From contig JAUCBJ010002546.1 in assembly GCA_032718475.1 (NCBI GenBank), positions 1 through 64,000 on the forward strand: a stretch of 64,000 bases of DNA. The letters run 5' to 3'. The notes beneath the pieces are model-generated. The model did no database searches, was not told the DNA's origin, and saw nothing but the letters and a program-made list of their open reading frames with translations. This document shows, piece after piece, positions 13,181 to 26,599 of this stretch. This stretch comes from Nemertoderma westbladi (Eukaryota; Animalia; Xenacoelomorpha). A program made the position numbers and the translations under genes. Within the stretch, counting starts at the first letter, position 1; every line of letters begins with the position of its first letter.

Positions 13181-13408
13181 GTTGATATTATTAGACACAA
13201 TCAGCAGTTAAATATATAAATTTAATTGTGTGTGATGCGGCAGATAATAGTTATGTTTCATTCCACAACTTTATTGCACAATGGGTAATAATTCATTAAT
13301 CATCTAAATTGAAACATTGCAGTAACAGCCCTTGCACTGTTGAGTTCTCCCATATTTATCATATGCATTTTTTAGACAATCAAATAGTAGATATTACTTT
13401 CCAGACCC

Positions 13409-16400
13409 AACATGCGACATTGATTCATGCGGTAGTTAATAGTTCGACAGAAACATGCGACATTGATTCATGCGGTAGTTAATAGTTCGACAGAAACATG
13501 CGACATTGATTCATGCGGTAGTTAATAGTTCGACAGAAACATGCGACATTGATTCATGCGGTAGTTAATAGTTCGTCAGAAACATGCGACATTGATTCAT
13601 GCGGTAGTTAATAGTTCGACAGAAACATGCGACATTGATTCATGCGGTAGTTAATAGTTCGACAGAAACATGCGACATTGATTCATGCGGTAGTTAATAG
13701 TTCGACAGAAACATGCGACATTGATTCATGCGGTAGTTAATAGTTCGACAGAAACATGCGACATTGATTCATGCGGTAGTTAATAGTTCGACAGAAACAT
13801 GCGACATTGATTCATGCGGTAGTTAATAGTTCGACAGAAACATGCGACATTGATTCATGCGGTAGTTAATAGTTCGACAGAAACATGCGACATTGATTCA
13901 TGCGGTAGTTAATAGTTCGACAGAAACATGCGACATTGATTCATGCGGTAGTTAATAGTTCGACAGAAACATGCGACATTGATTCATGCGGTAGTTAATA
14001 GTTCGACAGAAACATGCGACATTGATTCATGCGGTAGTTAATAGTTCGTCAGAAACATGCGACATCGATTCATGCGGTAGTTAATAGTTCGACAGAAACA
14101 TGCAACATTGATTCATGCGGTAGTTAATAGTTCGACAGAAACATGCGACATTGATTCATGCGGTAGTTAATAGTTCGACAGAAACATGCAACATTGATTC
14201 ATGCGGTAGTTAATAGTTCGACAGAAACATGCGACATTGATTCATGCGGTAGTTAATAGTTCGACAGAAACATGCGACATTGATTCATGCGGTAGTTAAT
14301 AGTTCGTCAGAAACATGCGACATTGATTCATGCGGTAGTTAATAGTTCGACAGAAACATGCGACATTGATTCATGCGGTAGTTAATAGTTCGACAGAAAC
14401 ATGCGACATTGATTCATGCGGTAGTTAATAGTTCGACAGAAACATGCGACATTGATTCATGCGGTAGTTAATAGTTCGACAGAAACATGCGACATTGATT
14501 CATGCGGTAGTTAATAGTTCGACAGAAACATGCGACATTGATTCATGCGGTAGTTAATAGTTCGACAGAAACATGCGACATTGATTCATGCGGTAGTTAA
14601 TAGTTCGTCAGAAACATGCGACATCGATTCATGCGGTAGTTAATAGTTCGACAGAAACATGCAACATTGATTCATGCGGTAGTTAATAGTTCGACAGAAA
14701 CATGCGACATTGATTCATGCGGTAGTTAATAGTTCGACAGAAACATGCGACATTGATTCATGCGGTAGTTAATAGTTCGACAGAAACATGCGACATTGAT
14801 TCATGCGGTAGTTAATAGTTCGACAGAAACATGCGACATTGATTCATGTGGTAGTTAATAGTTCGACAGAAACATGCGACATTGATTCATGCGGTAGTTA
14901 ATAGTTCGACAGAAACATGCGACATTGATTCATGCGGTAGTTAATAGTTCGACAGAAACATGCGACATTGATTCATGCGGTAGTTAATAGTTCGACAGAA
15001 ACATGCGACATTGATTCATGCGGTAGTTAATAGTTCGACAGAAACATGCGACATTGATTCATGCGGTAGTTAATAGTTCGACAGAAACATGCGACATTGA
15101 TTCATGCGGTAGTTAATAGTTCGACAGAAACATGCGACATTGATTCATGCGGTAGTTAATAGTTCGACAGAAACATGCGACATTGATTCATGCGGTAGTT
15201 AATAGTTCGACAGAAACATGCGACATTGATTCATGCGGTAGTTAATAGTTCGACAGAAACATGCGACATTGATTCATGCGGTAGTTAATAGTTCGACAGA
15301 AACATGCGACATTGATTCATGCGGTAGTTAATAGTTCGACAGAAACATGCGACATTGATTCATGCGGTAGTTAATAGTTCGACAGAAACATGCGACATTG
15401 ATTCATGCGGTAGTTAATAGTTCGACAGAAACATGCGACATTGATTCATGCGGTAGTTAATAGTTCGTCAGAAACATGCGACATCGATTCATGCGGTAGT
15501 TAATAGTTCGACAGAAACATGCGACATTGATTCATGCGGTAGTTAATAGTTCGACAGAAACATGCGACATTGATTCATGCGGTAGTTAATAGTTCGACCG
15601 AAACATGCGACATTGATTCATGCGGTAGTTAATAGTTCGACAGAAACATGCGACATTGATTCATGCGGTAGTTAATAGTTCGTCAGAAACATGCGACATC
15701 GATTCATGCGGTAGTTAATAGTTCGACAGAAACATGCGACATTGATTCATGCGCTTGTTAATAGTTCGACAGAAACATGCGACATTGATTCATGCGGTAG
15801 TTAATAGTTCGACAGAAACATGCGACATTGATTCATGCGGTAGTTAATAGTTCGACAGAAACATGCGACATTGATTCATGCGGTAGTTAATAGTTCGACA
15901 GAAACATGCGACATTGATTCATGCGGTAGTTAATAGTTCGACAGAAACATGCGACATTGATTCATGCGGTAGTTAATAGTTCGACAGAAACATGCGACAT
16001 TGATTCATGCGGTAGTTAATAGTTCGACAGAAACATGCGACATTGATTCATGCGGTAGTTAATAGTTCGACAGAAACATGCGAGATTGATTCATGCGGTA
16101 GTTAATAGTTCGACAGAAACATGCGACATTGATTCATGTGGTAGTTAATAGTTCGACAGAAACATGCGACATTGATTCATGCAGTAGTTAATAGTTCGAC
16201 AGAAACATGCAACATTGATTCATGCGGTAGTTAATAGTTTGACAGAAACATGCGACATTGATTCATGCGGTAGTTAATAGTTCGACAGAAACATGCGACA
16301 TTGATTCATGCGGTAGTTAATAGTTCGACAGAAACATGCGACATTGATTCATGCGGTAGTTAATAGTTCGACAGAAACATGCGACATTGATTCATGCGGT

Positions 16401-18569
16401 AGTTAATAGTTCGTCAGAAACATGCGACATCGATTCATGCGGTAGTTAATAGTTCGACAGAAACATGCGACATTGATTCATGCGGTAGTTAATAGTTCGA
16501 CAGAAACATGCGACATTGATTCATGCGGTAGTTAATAGTTCGACAGAAACATGCGACATTGATTCATGCGGTAGTTAATAGTTCGACAGAAACATGCGAC
16601 ATTGATTCATGCGGTAGTTAATAGTTCGACAGAAACATGCGACATTGATTCATGTGGTAGTTAATAGTTCGACAGAAACATGCGACATTGATTCATGCGG
16701 TAGTTAATAGTTCGACAGAAACATGCGACATTGATTCATGCGGTAGTTAATAGTTCGACAGAAACATGCGACATTGATTCATGCGGTAGTTAATAGTTCG
16801 ACAGAAACATGCGACATTGATTCATGCGGTAGTTAATAGTTCGACAGAAACATGCGACATTGATTCATGCGGTAGTTAATAGTTCGTCAGAAACATGCGA
16901 CATTGATTCATGCGGTAGTTAATAGTTCGACAGAAACATGCGACATTGATTCATGCGGTAGTTAATAGTTTGACAGAAACATGCGACATTGATTCATGCG
17001 GTAGTTAATAGTTCGACAGAAACATGCGACATTGATTCATGTGGTAGTTAATAGTTCGACAGAAACATGCGACATTGATTCATGCGGTAGTTAATAGTTC
17101 GACAGAAACATGCGACATTGATTCATGTGGTAGTTAATAGTTCGACAGAAACATGCGACATTGATTCATGCGGTAGTTAATAGTTCGACAGAAACATGCG
17201 ACATTGATTCATGCGGTAGTTAATAGTTCGACAGAAACATGCGACATTGATTCATGTGGTAGTTAATAGTTCGACAGAAACATGCCACATTGATTCATGT
17301 GGTAGTTAATAGTTCGACAGAAACATGCGACATTGATTAATGCGGTAGTTAATAGTTCGACAGAAACATGCGAGATTGATTCATGCGGTAGTTAATAGTT
17401 CGACAGAAACATGCGACATTGATTCATGCGGTAGTTAATAGTTCGACAGAAACATGCGACATTGATTCATGTGGTAGTTAATAGTTCGACAGAAACATGC
17501 CACATTGATTCATGTGGTAGTTAATAGTTCGACAGAAACATGCGACATTGATTAATGCGGTAGTTAATAGTTCGACAGAAACATGCGAGATTGATTCATG
17601 CGGTAGTTAATAGTTCGACAGAAACATGCGACATTGATTCATGTGGTAGTTAATAGTTCGACAGAAACATGCGACATTGATTCATGCAGTAGTTAATAGT
17701 TCGACAGAAACATGCAACATTGATTCATGCGGTAGTTAATAGTTTGACAGAAACATGCGACATTGATTCATGCGGTAGTTAATAGTTCGACAGAAACATG
17801 CGAGATTGATTCATGCGGTAGTTAATAGTTCGACAGAAACATGCGACATTGATTCATGTGGTAGTTAATAGTTCGACAGAAACATGCGACATTGATTCAT
17901 GCGGTAGTTAATAGTTCGACAGAAACATGCGACATTGATTCATGTGGTAGTTAATAGTTCGACAGAAACATGTGACATTGATTCATGCGGTAGTTAATAG
18001 TTCGACAGAAACATGCGACATTGATTCATGCAGTAGTTAATAGTTCGACAGAAACATGCGACATTGATTCATGTGGTAGTTAATAGTTAGACAGAAACAT
18101 GCGACATTGATTCATGCGGTAGTTAATAGTTCGACAGAAACATGCGACATTGATTCATGTGGTAGTTAATAGTTCGACAGAAACATGTGACATTGATTCA
18201 TGCGGTAGTTAATAGTTCGACAGAAACATGCGACATTGATTCATGCGGTAGTTAATAGTTCGACAGAAACATGCGACATTGATTCATGCGGTAGTTAATA
18301 GTTCGACAGAAACATGCGACATTGATTCATGCGGTAGTTAATAGTTCGACAGAAACATGCGACATTGATTCATGCGGTAGTTAATAGTTCGACAGAAACA
18401 TGCGACATTGATTCATGCGGTAGTTAATAGTTCGACAGAAACATGCGACATTGATTCATGCGGTAGTTAATAGTTCGACAGAAACATGCGACATTGATTC
18501 ATGCGGTAGTTAATAGTTCGACAGAAACATGCGACATTGATTCATGCGGTAGTTAATAGTTCGACAGAA
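13409..18569. repeat. 43-bp tandem satellite, about 120 copies
   Basis: Unit ACATGCGACATTGATTCATGCGGTAGTTAATAGTTCGACAGAA, head-to-tail, highly homogeneous, no spacers. Confidence 0.98.
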
Positions 18570-18574
18570 GTATT

Positions 18575-18755
18575 GTAACAGTGTGCGACATTATTGCGGC
18601 GGTGTACTGAAGTATTGCAGTAGTGCGTGACATTATTGCGGCGGTGTACTGAATTATTGCGGTAGTGCGTGACATTATTGCGGCGGTGTACTGAATTATT
18701 GCGGTAGTGCGTGACATTATTGCGGCGGTGTACTGAAGTATTATGTTAGTGCGTG
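18575..18755. repeat. 42-bp tandem repeat, about 4 copies
   Basis: GACATTATTGCGGCGGTGTACTGAA(G/T)TATTGC(A/G)GTAGTGCGT starting at 18587, 18629, 18671 and 18713. Confidence 0.9.
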
Positions 18756-18833
18756 AGCGTGACAGTGTTTTGAGGTGAACATAATTACGTAGCTGCGACC
18801 CGATTGTTCTCCCCAACCCTGTACAACGCAAGG

Positions 18834-19056
18834 GGGTGAGTACTAAAAGCCCAAAGACCCAATTATAAAGACCTACAAAATCTTGTAACGTGTGTTAACT
18901 TTCGTTTATTGTTTGATTCCCCCAACACGCCTCTGTAACCTGATCCTTTACTAACCTGCTCCTTTAAATGGCAATCAATGGGACCTAACGCGACTTTACC
19001 TCTTTGCTTTGTATAGAACGGGCAGTAAAGTCTGGGTCTTTGTTTTGTACTCACCC
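18834..19056. mobile_element. MITE, family A copy 2
   Basis: GGGTGAGTAC...GTACTCACCC termini; interior colinear with 10932-11175. Confidence 0.8.
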
Positions 19057-19396
19057 GACTTGGCCCAGCCCCAGCAGATTTAGCCTTTAATCTTTTTCCC
19101 TATACTGGTAGTGCTAACTGGTCTTGGCCTGGGGATGACTGTAAATGAAATAAATGTATATACATAATAATGTAATAAATATAAATATATAATAGTAATA
19201 TGGCAGAAACCAAGGCATTTACAGTAGAGTATGCATTTGCAATATTGCTATTAAAAATAAAAACCAACACCAGTAGTGTCCTGAATATAATTATAATTAC
19301 AAGACGTTTCTATAATACATTACAGTATCACATAACCATCATCAGTGCGATCAACTCACTGTACCAGGCGGCCAACCAACAGTACCGGTATTACAG

Positions 19397-20135
19397 TTTG
19401 TAGGTCCTATGGGTTGTAGGTCCTATGGGCTGTAGGTCATATGGGTTGTAGGTCATATGGGTTGTAGGTCATATGGGTTGTAGGTCATATGGGTTGTAAG
19501 GTCATATGGGTTGTAGGTCATATGGGTTGTAGGTCATATGGGTTGTAGGCCCTATGGGTTGTAGGTACTGTGGGTTGTAGGTCCTATGGGTTGTAGGTCA
19601 TATGGGTTGTAGATCATATGGGTTGTAGGTCATATGGGTTGTAGGTCATATGGGTTGTAGGTCATATGGGTTCTAGGTCATATGGCTTGTAGGTCATATG
19701 GGTTGTAGTTGTAGGTCATATGGGTTGTAGGTCATATGGGTTGTAGGTCTTATGGGCTGTAGGTCATATGGGTTGTAGGTCCTATGGGTTGTAGGTACTG
19801 TGGGTTGTAGGTCCTATGGGTTGTAGGTCATATGGGTTGTAGGTCATATGGGTTGTAGGTCATATGGGTTGTAAGGTCATATGGGTTGTAGGTCATATGG
19901 GTTGTACAGTACAGTAGGTACTGTGGGTTGTAGGTCCTATGGGTTGTAGGTCATATGGGTTGTACAGTACAGTAGGTACTGTGGGTTGTAGGTCCTATGG
20001 GTTGTAGGTCATATGGGTTGTAGGTCATATGGGTTGTAGGTCATATGGGTTATAGGTCCTATGGGTTGTAGTGTAGGTCCTATGGGTTTTAGCTTTTAGG
20101 TCCTACTGTATGGGTTGTAGGTACTGTGGGTGTAT
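19397..20135. repeat. 16-bp minisatellite (GTAGGTCATATGGGTT)n
   Basis: About 45 units, with variants GGTCCTAT and GGTACTGT. Confidence 0.95.
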
Positions 20136-20949
20136 CCCAATCCCTAAACCCCGTCTGTCAGTAACGAAGCCGCAGTGTCCGCTACATGTAGGCAACCACA
20201 ATATTCGGCATTGCTATTTAGAGATAACGAAGACGCGAGTAATACCGTCATTTTAAATGACTAATATTTCGGTACAAAGAACTACTGTCCACCGATTCTT
20301 CGCCTAGCTTAGCGAACAGCACATTAGGCTACCGTAACCCTAGTGTAAGTAAGGTAACCATTCCGATATCCGCACAGATCATGTAACGCAATTCCCATTG
20401 AGTTCTATAGCCAGAATCTTTTTGCTAAAGAAACTTTTTTTTTTTGTAGAATAAATGGCCTGCAGGGGGGAGCAAATACATGCAACATTCAAATGCCCAT
20501 ATCTCAGCTATTTCCCAAACAAATTCAAATGTTTTAACATATTTGGAATCCTTGCATGATCAGCTTTCTATTGGTACCATCAAATCACAATAAGGTTTTA
20601 GAATGATTGCACTGTGACCTGTGAAATATCGCCAGAGACACCTTTTTCAAACACTTGTAGCTAAAGATTGAAAGCAAAAATAAAAATTCTGGCTCACCCA
20701 CGGAGGAGGAGGGAGGTGAAACTGTCTCTATTTCAAATTTGATGCAATCTCATTAAGATTTGTAGAAAAATTTGGGGGGGGGGGGGTTTGGGACAGGTAC
20801 ATGAATAACGACACTATATTCCAGGACATATTGTATAATTGTAGATTAAATTATAATTTCAATGAAAAGTACTTTTTTTGTTTTTTAACACAAAATCTGT
20901 GAATTCCCAATTATACAATTACGAATACATTCACCTACCACAATTACCT

Positions 20950-21046
20950 ACAATATAATTCTATTAAATCGCATCAGGGATCCCATTGAGAGACTGCACC
21001 GTGGAAATCAGAATGGGTTCCGTAAAGGTCGTGGGACCATGGAGAC
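20950..21046 (+). mobile_element. Short RTE-type LINE RT fragment
   Basis: Translates LLNRIRDPIERLHRGNQNGFRKGRGTME, typical of the N-terminal RT region. Confidence 0.65.
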
Positions 21047-21249
21047 CATTTTGAAGAGTTATCAAAAAAGAAAGACAGTGATACAGGCGAGAACAACATT
21101 TTAGCGGATGAATTGTTTACCGCAGCACATAGTGTGTCAACGAAATTAAATCTATTCAGAGTATTAGTTTCTTGGTGTTCTAAGTTGGAAACGGATGCTT
21201 ATTTTACGAGCTTAACCTATCCCACGGACATTGACTGACACATCAGTTA

Positions 21250-22265
21250 AGATGCTAGAGATACGTAACTTTGCACGAAGTCAATCTTCACCTTACAATT
21301 GGGATGATGATGATTTTACGCGACTACAGTATAGGATATACTTCGCTTCACATTAGACAGTGACCCTATACAGATTATAGTCGGTCAAAATGCCCCGGAA
21401 GCTTTAGAAGTTTTGGAGAAACACCCTCCCCTCATAGACTACTTCCTATGACTGCGTTTGTGGGATGGTTTTGTACCGTACACTCAGAAAAGACAATCCA
21501 TGAAAGAAGCGTCAACATAAATTACATCTCAGAAACTGAACAATTAACAGACGCTTCATTTTCCGACAATGACCAAGATTATCAAATCACAGTTGACCAT
21601 GACACAATATTAACCATCAGTGAGTGACATGGATGATGCACTCGATCTAGTGACAGACCATGGCATATGCCTGAATCAAGTACAATACACATGGCCCTGC
21701 ATTAAGAAACTGACTGTCAAGATTATGACAACACTCGTTTAATTGACAGCCAGATAAGAAGGAATGATCCTTTTTATCACTTGGATGCACCAACAGGTGT
21801 TTGGAACAAATGCTAATGATAAGGGTATGTCAAGATACATGAGACCACGACTCGTTTCATTCCTGATGAAGTAAAATATGAGGTACTCTTTTGTGGCGAT
21901 TAAAGGATCCGCACCTTTTTAATAACCAACCTTTGGCAGAGAAACGGTGCGATCAGCTGAAACAACACCCACTTAGGAACGAAGCGGCTTACGACCTGTA
22001 CAAAGTAGGAATAGATAAGTACATAGATAGAGATTACACAGAAAGAGTACTTTAGTAAGTGCACATAAACCAGGCCACGTACGTGCCGTCTTTGATGGTT
22101 CTGCGTTTATAAAGGCCAATCGTGAATTCGGAACTCATGGCTGGACCGAATTTATTTGCTAATTGCCCGGCCTATTATTAAGGATGAGGCAATTTGCAAT
22201 AGCTGTAGCCTCCGATATAGAGGGTATGTTTCTACAAGTGAAACTGTCACTCAAAGATAGCAAAA
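21250..22265 (+). pseudogene. BEL/Pao LTR-retrotransposon remnant (post-protease region and RT start)
   Basis: LDSDPIQIIVGQNAPEALEV near 21355-21415; HKPGHVRAVFDGSA..NSELMAGPNL..LLLRMRQFAIAVASDIEGMFLQV at 22062-22245. Confidence 0.78.
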
Positions 22266-23406
22266 TTCTATCACAAAATCCGTATTTAAGAAATTTATCA
22301 GAACGCCAATAAATCAAAGAAGGATGGAAAGTTTCTCCCCTTCAACCCCCCTTTTAATCTGCACCACCCCAACCCAAAGGTGCACAGAGGATTGATGAAA
22401 GGCAGGTATTAACAGAAAATTGGTGTTTTAAAAGTAATATATTAGAATTAGATATATTTTAGCAACCCAATTTGTCAGAAATATTAAACTTACCTTATGC
22501 CGACAGCATTGATACTGAAATATAAATTTAGCAGGTCAACACCTAACGAAGTTATCTATCTAATTATTATACGAATCTACGAATTCTAATCACGTAATCC
22601 CGATTAAATACTCAGCCAATCATTTTGCGAGATAACGCTAACTAAGTGAGAAGTTTCTATACAAAGTGCTAACTCAAAATAGTGCTAACACCACTCAGAA
22701 AATGAATCCTTAATGTCAAATTTATATATTTTTGAGGTCAAAAAGGTATGATCCCACTGTCGCCAATTCAGCAACTTTTGGAAAAAAAAAGGCACAGATT
22801 CAATGTTTCCTCTAGCGACCAGATTGGGAACTCAAGGTTCACTAGTCCTTTGTGAAAACTACTGACCGTAATGAACTTTATTGCCCATAGTGCTAACTTT
22901 CGCATTGTTAGCATTCTATAAATGTAGACACGACAGACACACCGATTGAGTTAGTAGTACCCGTACGCTAAGCTCGCTTACTTTCGTGGCTCGCCCCACA
23001 GTATCAAAAATGAACAAAAAACTAGAAAAATCAGCCTTCAAAAAAACTACAGTGGAGCTAAGTGCAACGTCCTGAATAAATATTATATTCTAGAAGTACT
23101 TGGTTGTCAGACCGGTACCCTTTACCTTGTGCTCCAATTTAGGTTAGTGGCCATCGAAACTTGTTTTTAAAACAAGTTAACTTCAATAAAAATATATTAG
23201 CTACATTTGTTAATTTCTTCCAATAATTAGTTATTAATAAAAAGCAATAATTAATAAAAAAACAGATATATATTTTATATAAAATATTTGTTCTGAAACG
23301 TATGTCATTCTTAAAAGAACTTACCAAAACCTACTGTAGCAAGTATAATAAAAAAAATTGGTACGGATATTGCACTACTGTATTAGGCAGACCTTCTAGT
23401 AACAAA

Positions 23407-24594
23407 GGCACTAACTATGTTATGGGTACCCACTTTTTGACCATTTATTTGACAATGTTAATGGCTATTATCTTGAGGTTTTTTGTTTTAGAACATTAAT
23501 GTCATCTTCTGTTAGACTTAGCTATTGTTTTTTTTTATGGTAGCTAGTGATTTCTTTTAGGTAGCTACTGTTTTTAAAATTGCAAAACCAAATTTTTGGT
23601 ACCTAATTTTTAATCAATTTTTTTACCATGTTATTGGATATTATCATGATGTTTTTCGTTCTAGAACATAAATTTCACCTTCTGAGAGAGGTTACCTTTT
23701 TTTTTATTAAGGTAGCTAGTGTTTTCAAAGGTAGCTAGTGATCTTAAAATTACAAAATAATATTTTGGACCATGTTAATGGATATTATCAAGATGGTTTT
23801 TTGTTCTAGAACATAAATTTTTCACCTTCTGAGAGAGGTTAGCTAGTATTTTGTATTATGGTAGCTACCGGTAGTGTTTTTAAAGGTAGCTAGTGATCTT
23901 AAAATTACAAAATAAATTTTGTAGTGCCCCTTTTATTTAGACAATTTCCATATCATCAATATATTCTCGCAATTAATGAAAAGATAAATAAATCTAGTAA
24001 TAAGTAAAATAAGTAAAAACTCTATTTTGACATCTGCCTATATTTTATATAAAATATAAAAAACTAGCTAGTGAATAATTACTAGCTACTTTGACTATCA
24101 AATAAAAATTACTAGCTACACCATGACTCATAAATTATTCCATGCAAATATATAATTGAGAATTAAATTACCGGTATATCTTACATTTACTAGCTAATAA
24201 ATAGTACTATCTAACACAAAATTAAAAGTACTAGCTACCATCTTACTGTCAGAAGGTCAAATACTTGCTCTAGATAAAAAACCTCATAATAAAATACATT
24301 TTTACAAGAAAAAAGTTGGTCAAATTTTTTTTAAATTTTTCAATTATAATTTTTTTCACTAGCTAATAAAAAGTACTATCTAACACAAAATCAAAATTAC
24401 TAGCTACCATCGTACTGGCAGAAAGTTAAATATTTGTTCTAGAACAAAAAACCTCATGATAAAAGCCATTTTCATATGAAAAAATTTGTTTATAAAGTGG
24501 GTACCCATAACATAGTAGTGCCCAAAGGCACTACTATGTTATGGGTACCCACTTTATATTATGTTATGGGTACCCACTATTTATTAGTAGTGCC
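23407..24594. mobile_element. Composite non-autonomous TIR element with 8-bp TSD (Merlin-like)
   Basis: Left terminus GGCACTA(A)CTATGTTATGGGTACCCACTTT, inverted at 24495-24522; mini-copy at 24527-24594; GTAACAAA at 23399-23406 and 24595-24602; internal GGTAGCTAGT/ACTAGCTACC inverted sub-repeats. Confidence 0.75.
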
Positions 24595-24635
24595 GTAACA
24601 AATTTGTATGTTTTAGATTATGTACTGTAGTAGAT

Positions 24636-25097
24636 ATGGATGCTAATTTGAAATGGTTTACAGAACCTATACATTACAAGAATGCTGAAAAATGGCTTGC
24701 TCAAAGTGGGGATTATCGAGCAACATATATATTAGAAAAAGCAGGTGATACTGACAACAAATATCCAATGTGTTCTAAAAGTGAATTTGAAGAATGGATT
24801 GGGCAAAGGGGATATATCAGTTGTCATTCGAATAGATCAGCTCCTAGTAACTCAGATAGAGAACCAACAAATTGTAACAATGAACCTCCAGTTAAGATTG
24901 GGAATTACCCTGGAATGGTAGTGGATGTCGACACTGAAGAAAAACCCATAGATCCAGAACATCAACATTACATTGTAAAAATATTGAGTAACTGGCACGA
25001 GGCCGAAGCAAAAATCTATAACTACTTGGACCAACAGCTGGCTGATAAAAACAAGCGATGTGCGTCCCATGCACAGCACCCACACCATCACCCGTAA
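24636..25097 (+). CDS. Unknown 153-aa ORF, probable host exon or gene fragment
   Basis: Non-repetitive protein-like ORF preceded by acceptor-like TATGTTTTTAG (ends 24617); no family recognised. Confidence 0.45.
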   Translation: MDANLKWFTEPIHYKNAEKWLAQSGDYRATYILEKAGDTDNKYPMCSKSEFEEWIGQRGYISCHSNRSAPSNSDREPTNCNNEPPVKIGNYPGMVVDVDTEEKPIDPEHQHYIVKILSNWHEAEAKIYNYLDQQLADKNKRCASHAQHPHHHP

Positions 25098-25204
25098 TAT
25101 ACATTTTAGGATAATTTTAAGTAACACACTCCCCAAGATCCAGCCAGGCAAACAGTCGTTTTTATGCAGATCTTAATGCACAAATGTTATTATCTATAAG
25201 TTAA

Positions 25205-26466
25205 GGGGTAGCTTCACCCTTTTTAGGATAAAAAATGCAAAAACCTTTTTTTAGTCGATTTTGTGTGCAGAATTTAATGGCGAATCCGAATATGTAAGTT
25301 ATGACTTCTCAACATGTTTAGTTTTGGAGATATGACAATTTCACTATGGAATGTTTCCATAAAAGTATGATTATCATTATTTTCCCCAAAAAATGTGTTT
25401 CCCGACTTAACCAGACCGACTAGAATTTGCCGAACATCAAAACTGACACCGGAAATGAAATCAGCGACCCCGAAAAACCCCATAATGAAAAGGTTAGCTA
25501 GAATGTGTGTTTTTGTATGTTGACAAGCATTCGAACAGACAAAAAAACTGACAAGACAGACACCGACAAACAGCCAAACTGACAGATAGACAGACAAAAT
25601 TAAACCAAAAATCAAAACTGACACCGGAAATGAAATTTGCGACATGGAAAACCCCCAAAGAGAAACTTTTAGATATTTTGCGTGTTTTATTATATTTTAA
25701 CGGACAAACCAACAGACAGACATATTCCAACAGACAACGAGACAGACAGAGTTGATTTGTCCAAATTTGACATCACTTGACATCAAAACTTACATCAGAA
25801 TTGAAATCTGCGACTACGAAAACCCCCATAGTGAAAATTTCAGCTGTCTGCTTCCTTAAAATCATTCATAAATGACTATTTTAATTAATTCATATCGGCA
25901 GTCGCATAGAGACTGACCAATTTGCGCGGGAAGGTTCAAACTTTAAAAGCATTTCACTAGGAATATTTTTTCTCGTTTTTTGCTTCACGCAAAATCTATC
26001 TACTTCGTCATTTTTTATTCAATTCGTTTGAAACTAGTAGAGAGATTTTGAAATTTTCAGTGTAGGTTATGTTTTGGGCCGATAATGTGAAAAAATATCG
26101 GCCCGAAATAAAGTACATTTTATTTTTTAGTTTATATTACACGTCTGATCAAAATTTGAAAATTCTGTCTATAACTTTTATTGGTCAATATGTCAACACC
26201 ATTCACTGTAAATTTCAAAGGAATTGATTGAAAAATGACGGAGTAGATAGGTTTAGAAAAATGAAAATGCTACCCTTTTTTTCAGATAAATCTGAATAAA
26301 ATTGGAGGGAAATTCAAATTTATATTTTTGCCATAAAAAATATCATAAGAACTTACTAATACATACACAGATAATGCATTATTTCAATGCCTATATTCTA
26401 TATACAAACAAAACTCTTGCAATCCTCCAAAAACTGGAGGTGTCTCCAAAAAGGTAAAGCCCCCCC
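25205..26466. mobile_element. Non-autonomous TTAA-targeting DNA transposon (Kolobok-like)
   Basis: TTAA|GGGGTAGCTTCACCCTTTTT ... AAAAAGGTAAAGCCCCCCC|GTAA; three internal repeats of CAAAACTGACACCGGAAATGAAAT..GCGAC...GAAAA.CCCC. Confidence 0.6.
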
Positions 26467-26599
26467 GTAAATTTAAAAATAAAACATGTATTACATGATG
26501 TTAAATAACGTGGAACATATTTTCATTATGCTCTCGATTCTTTATTAAATAAAATATCTCGAGTAGGGGCCTATAGTGAAAATAATGTTATATTTACCA

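Noticed and set aside
13409-18569. CRISPR array
   Set aside because: Units are contiguous with no unique spacers; no cas genes; eukaryotic context.
18553-18831. Repetitive 92-aa ORF
   Set aside because: Translation of the 42-bp repeat.
25274-25730. Hydrophobic minus-strand ORFs
   Set aside because: Arise from ACAG-rich repeats inside a non-autonomous transposon.
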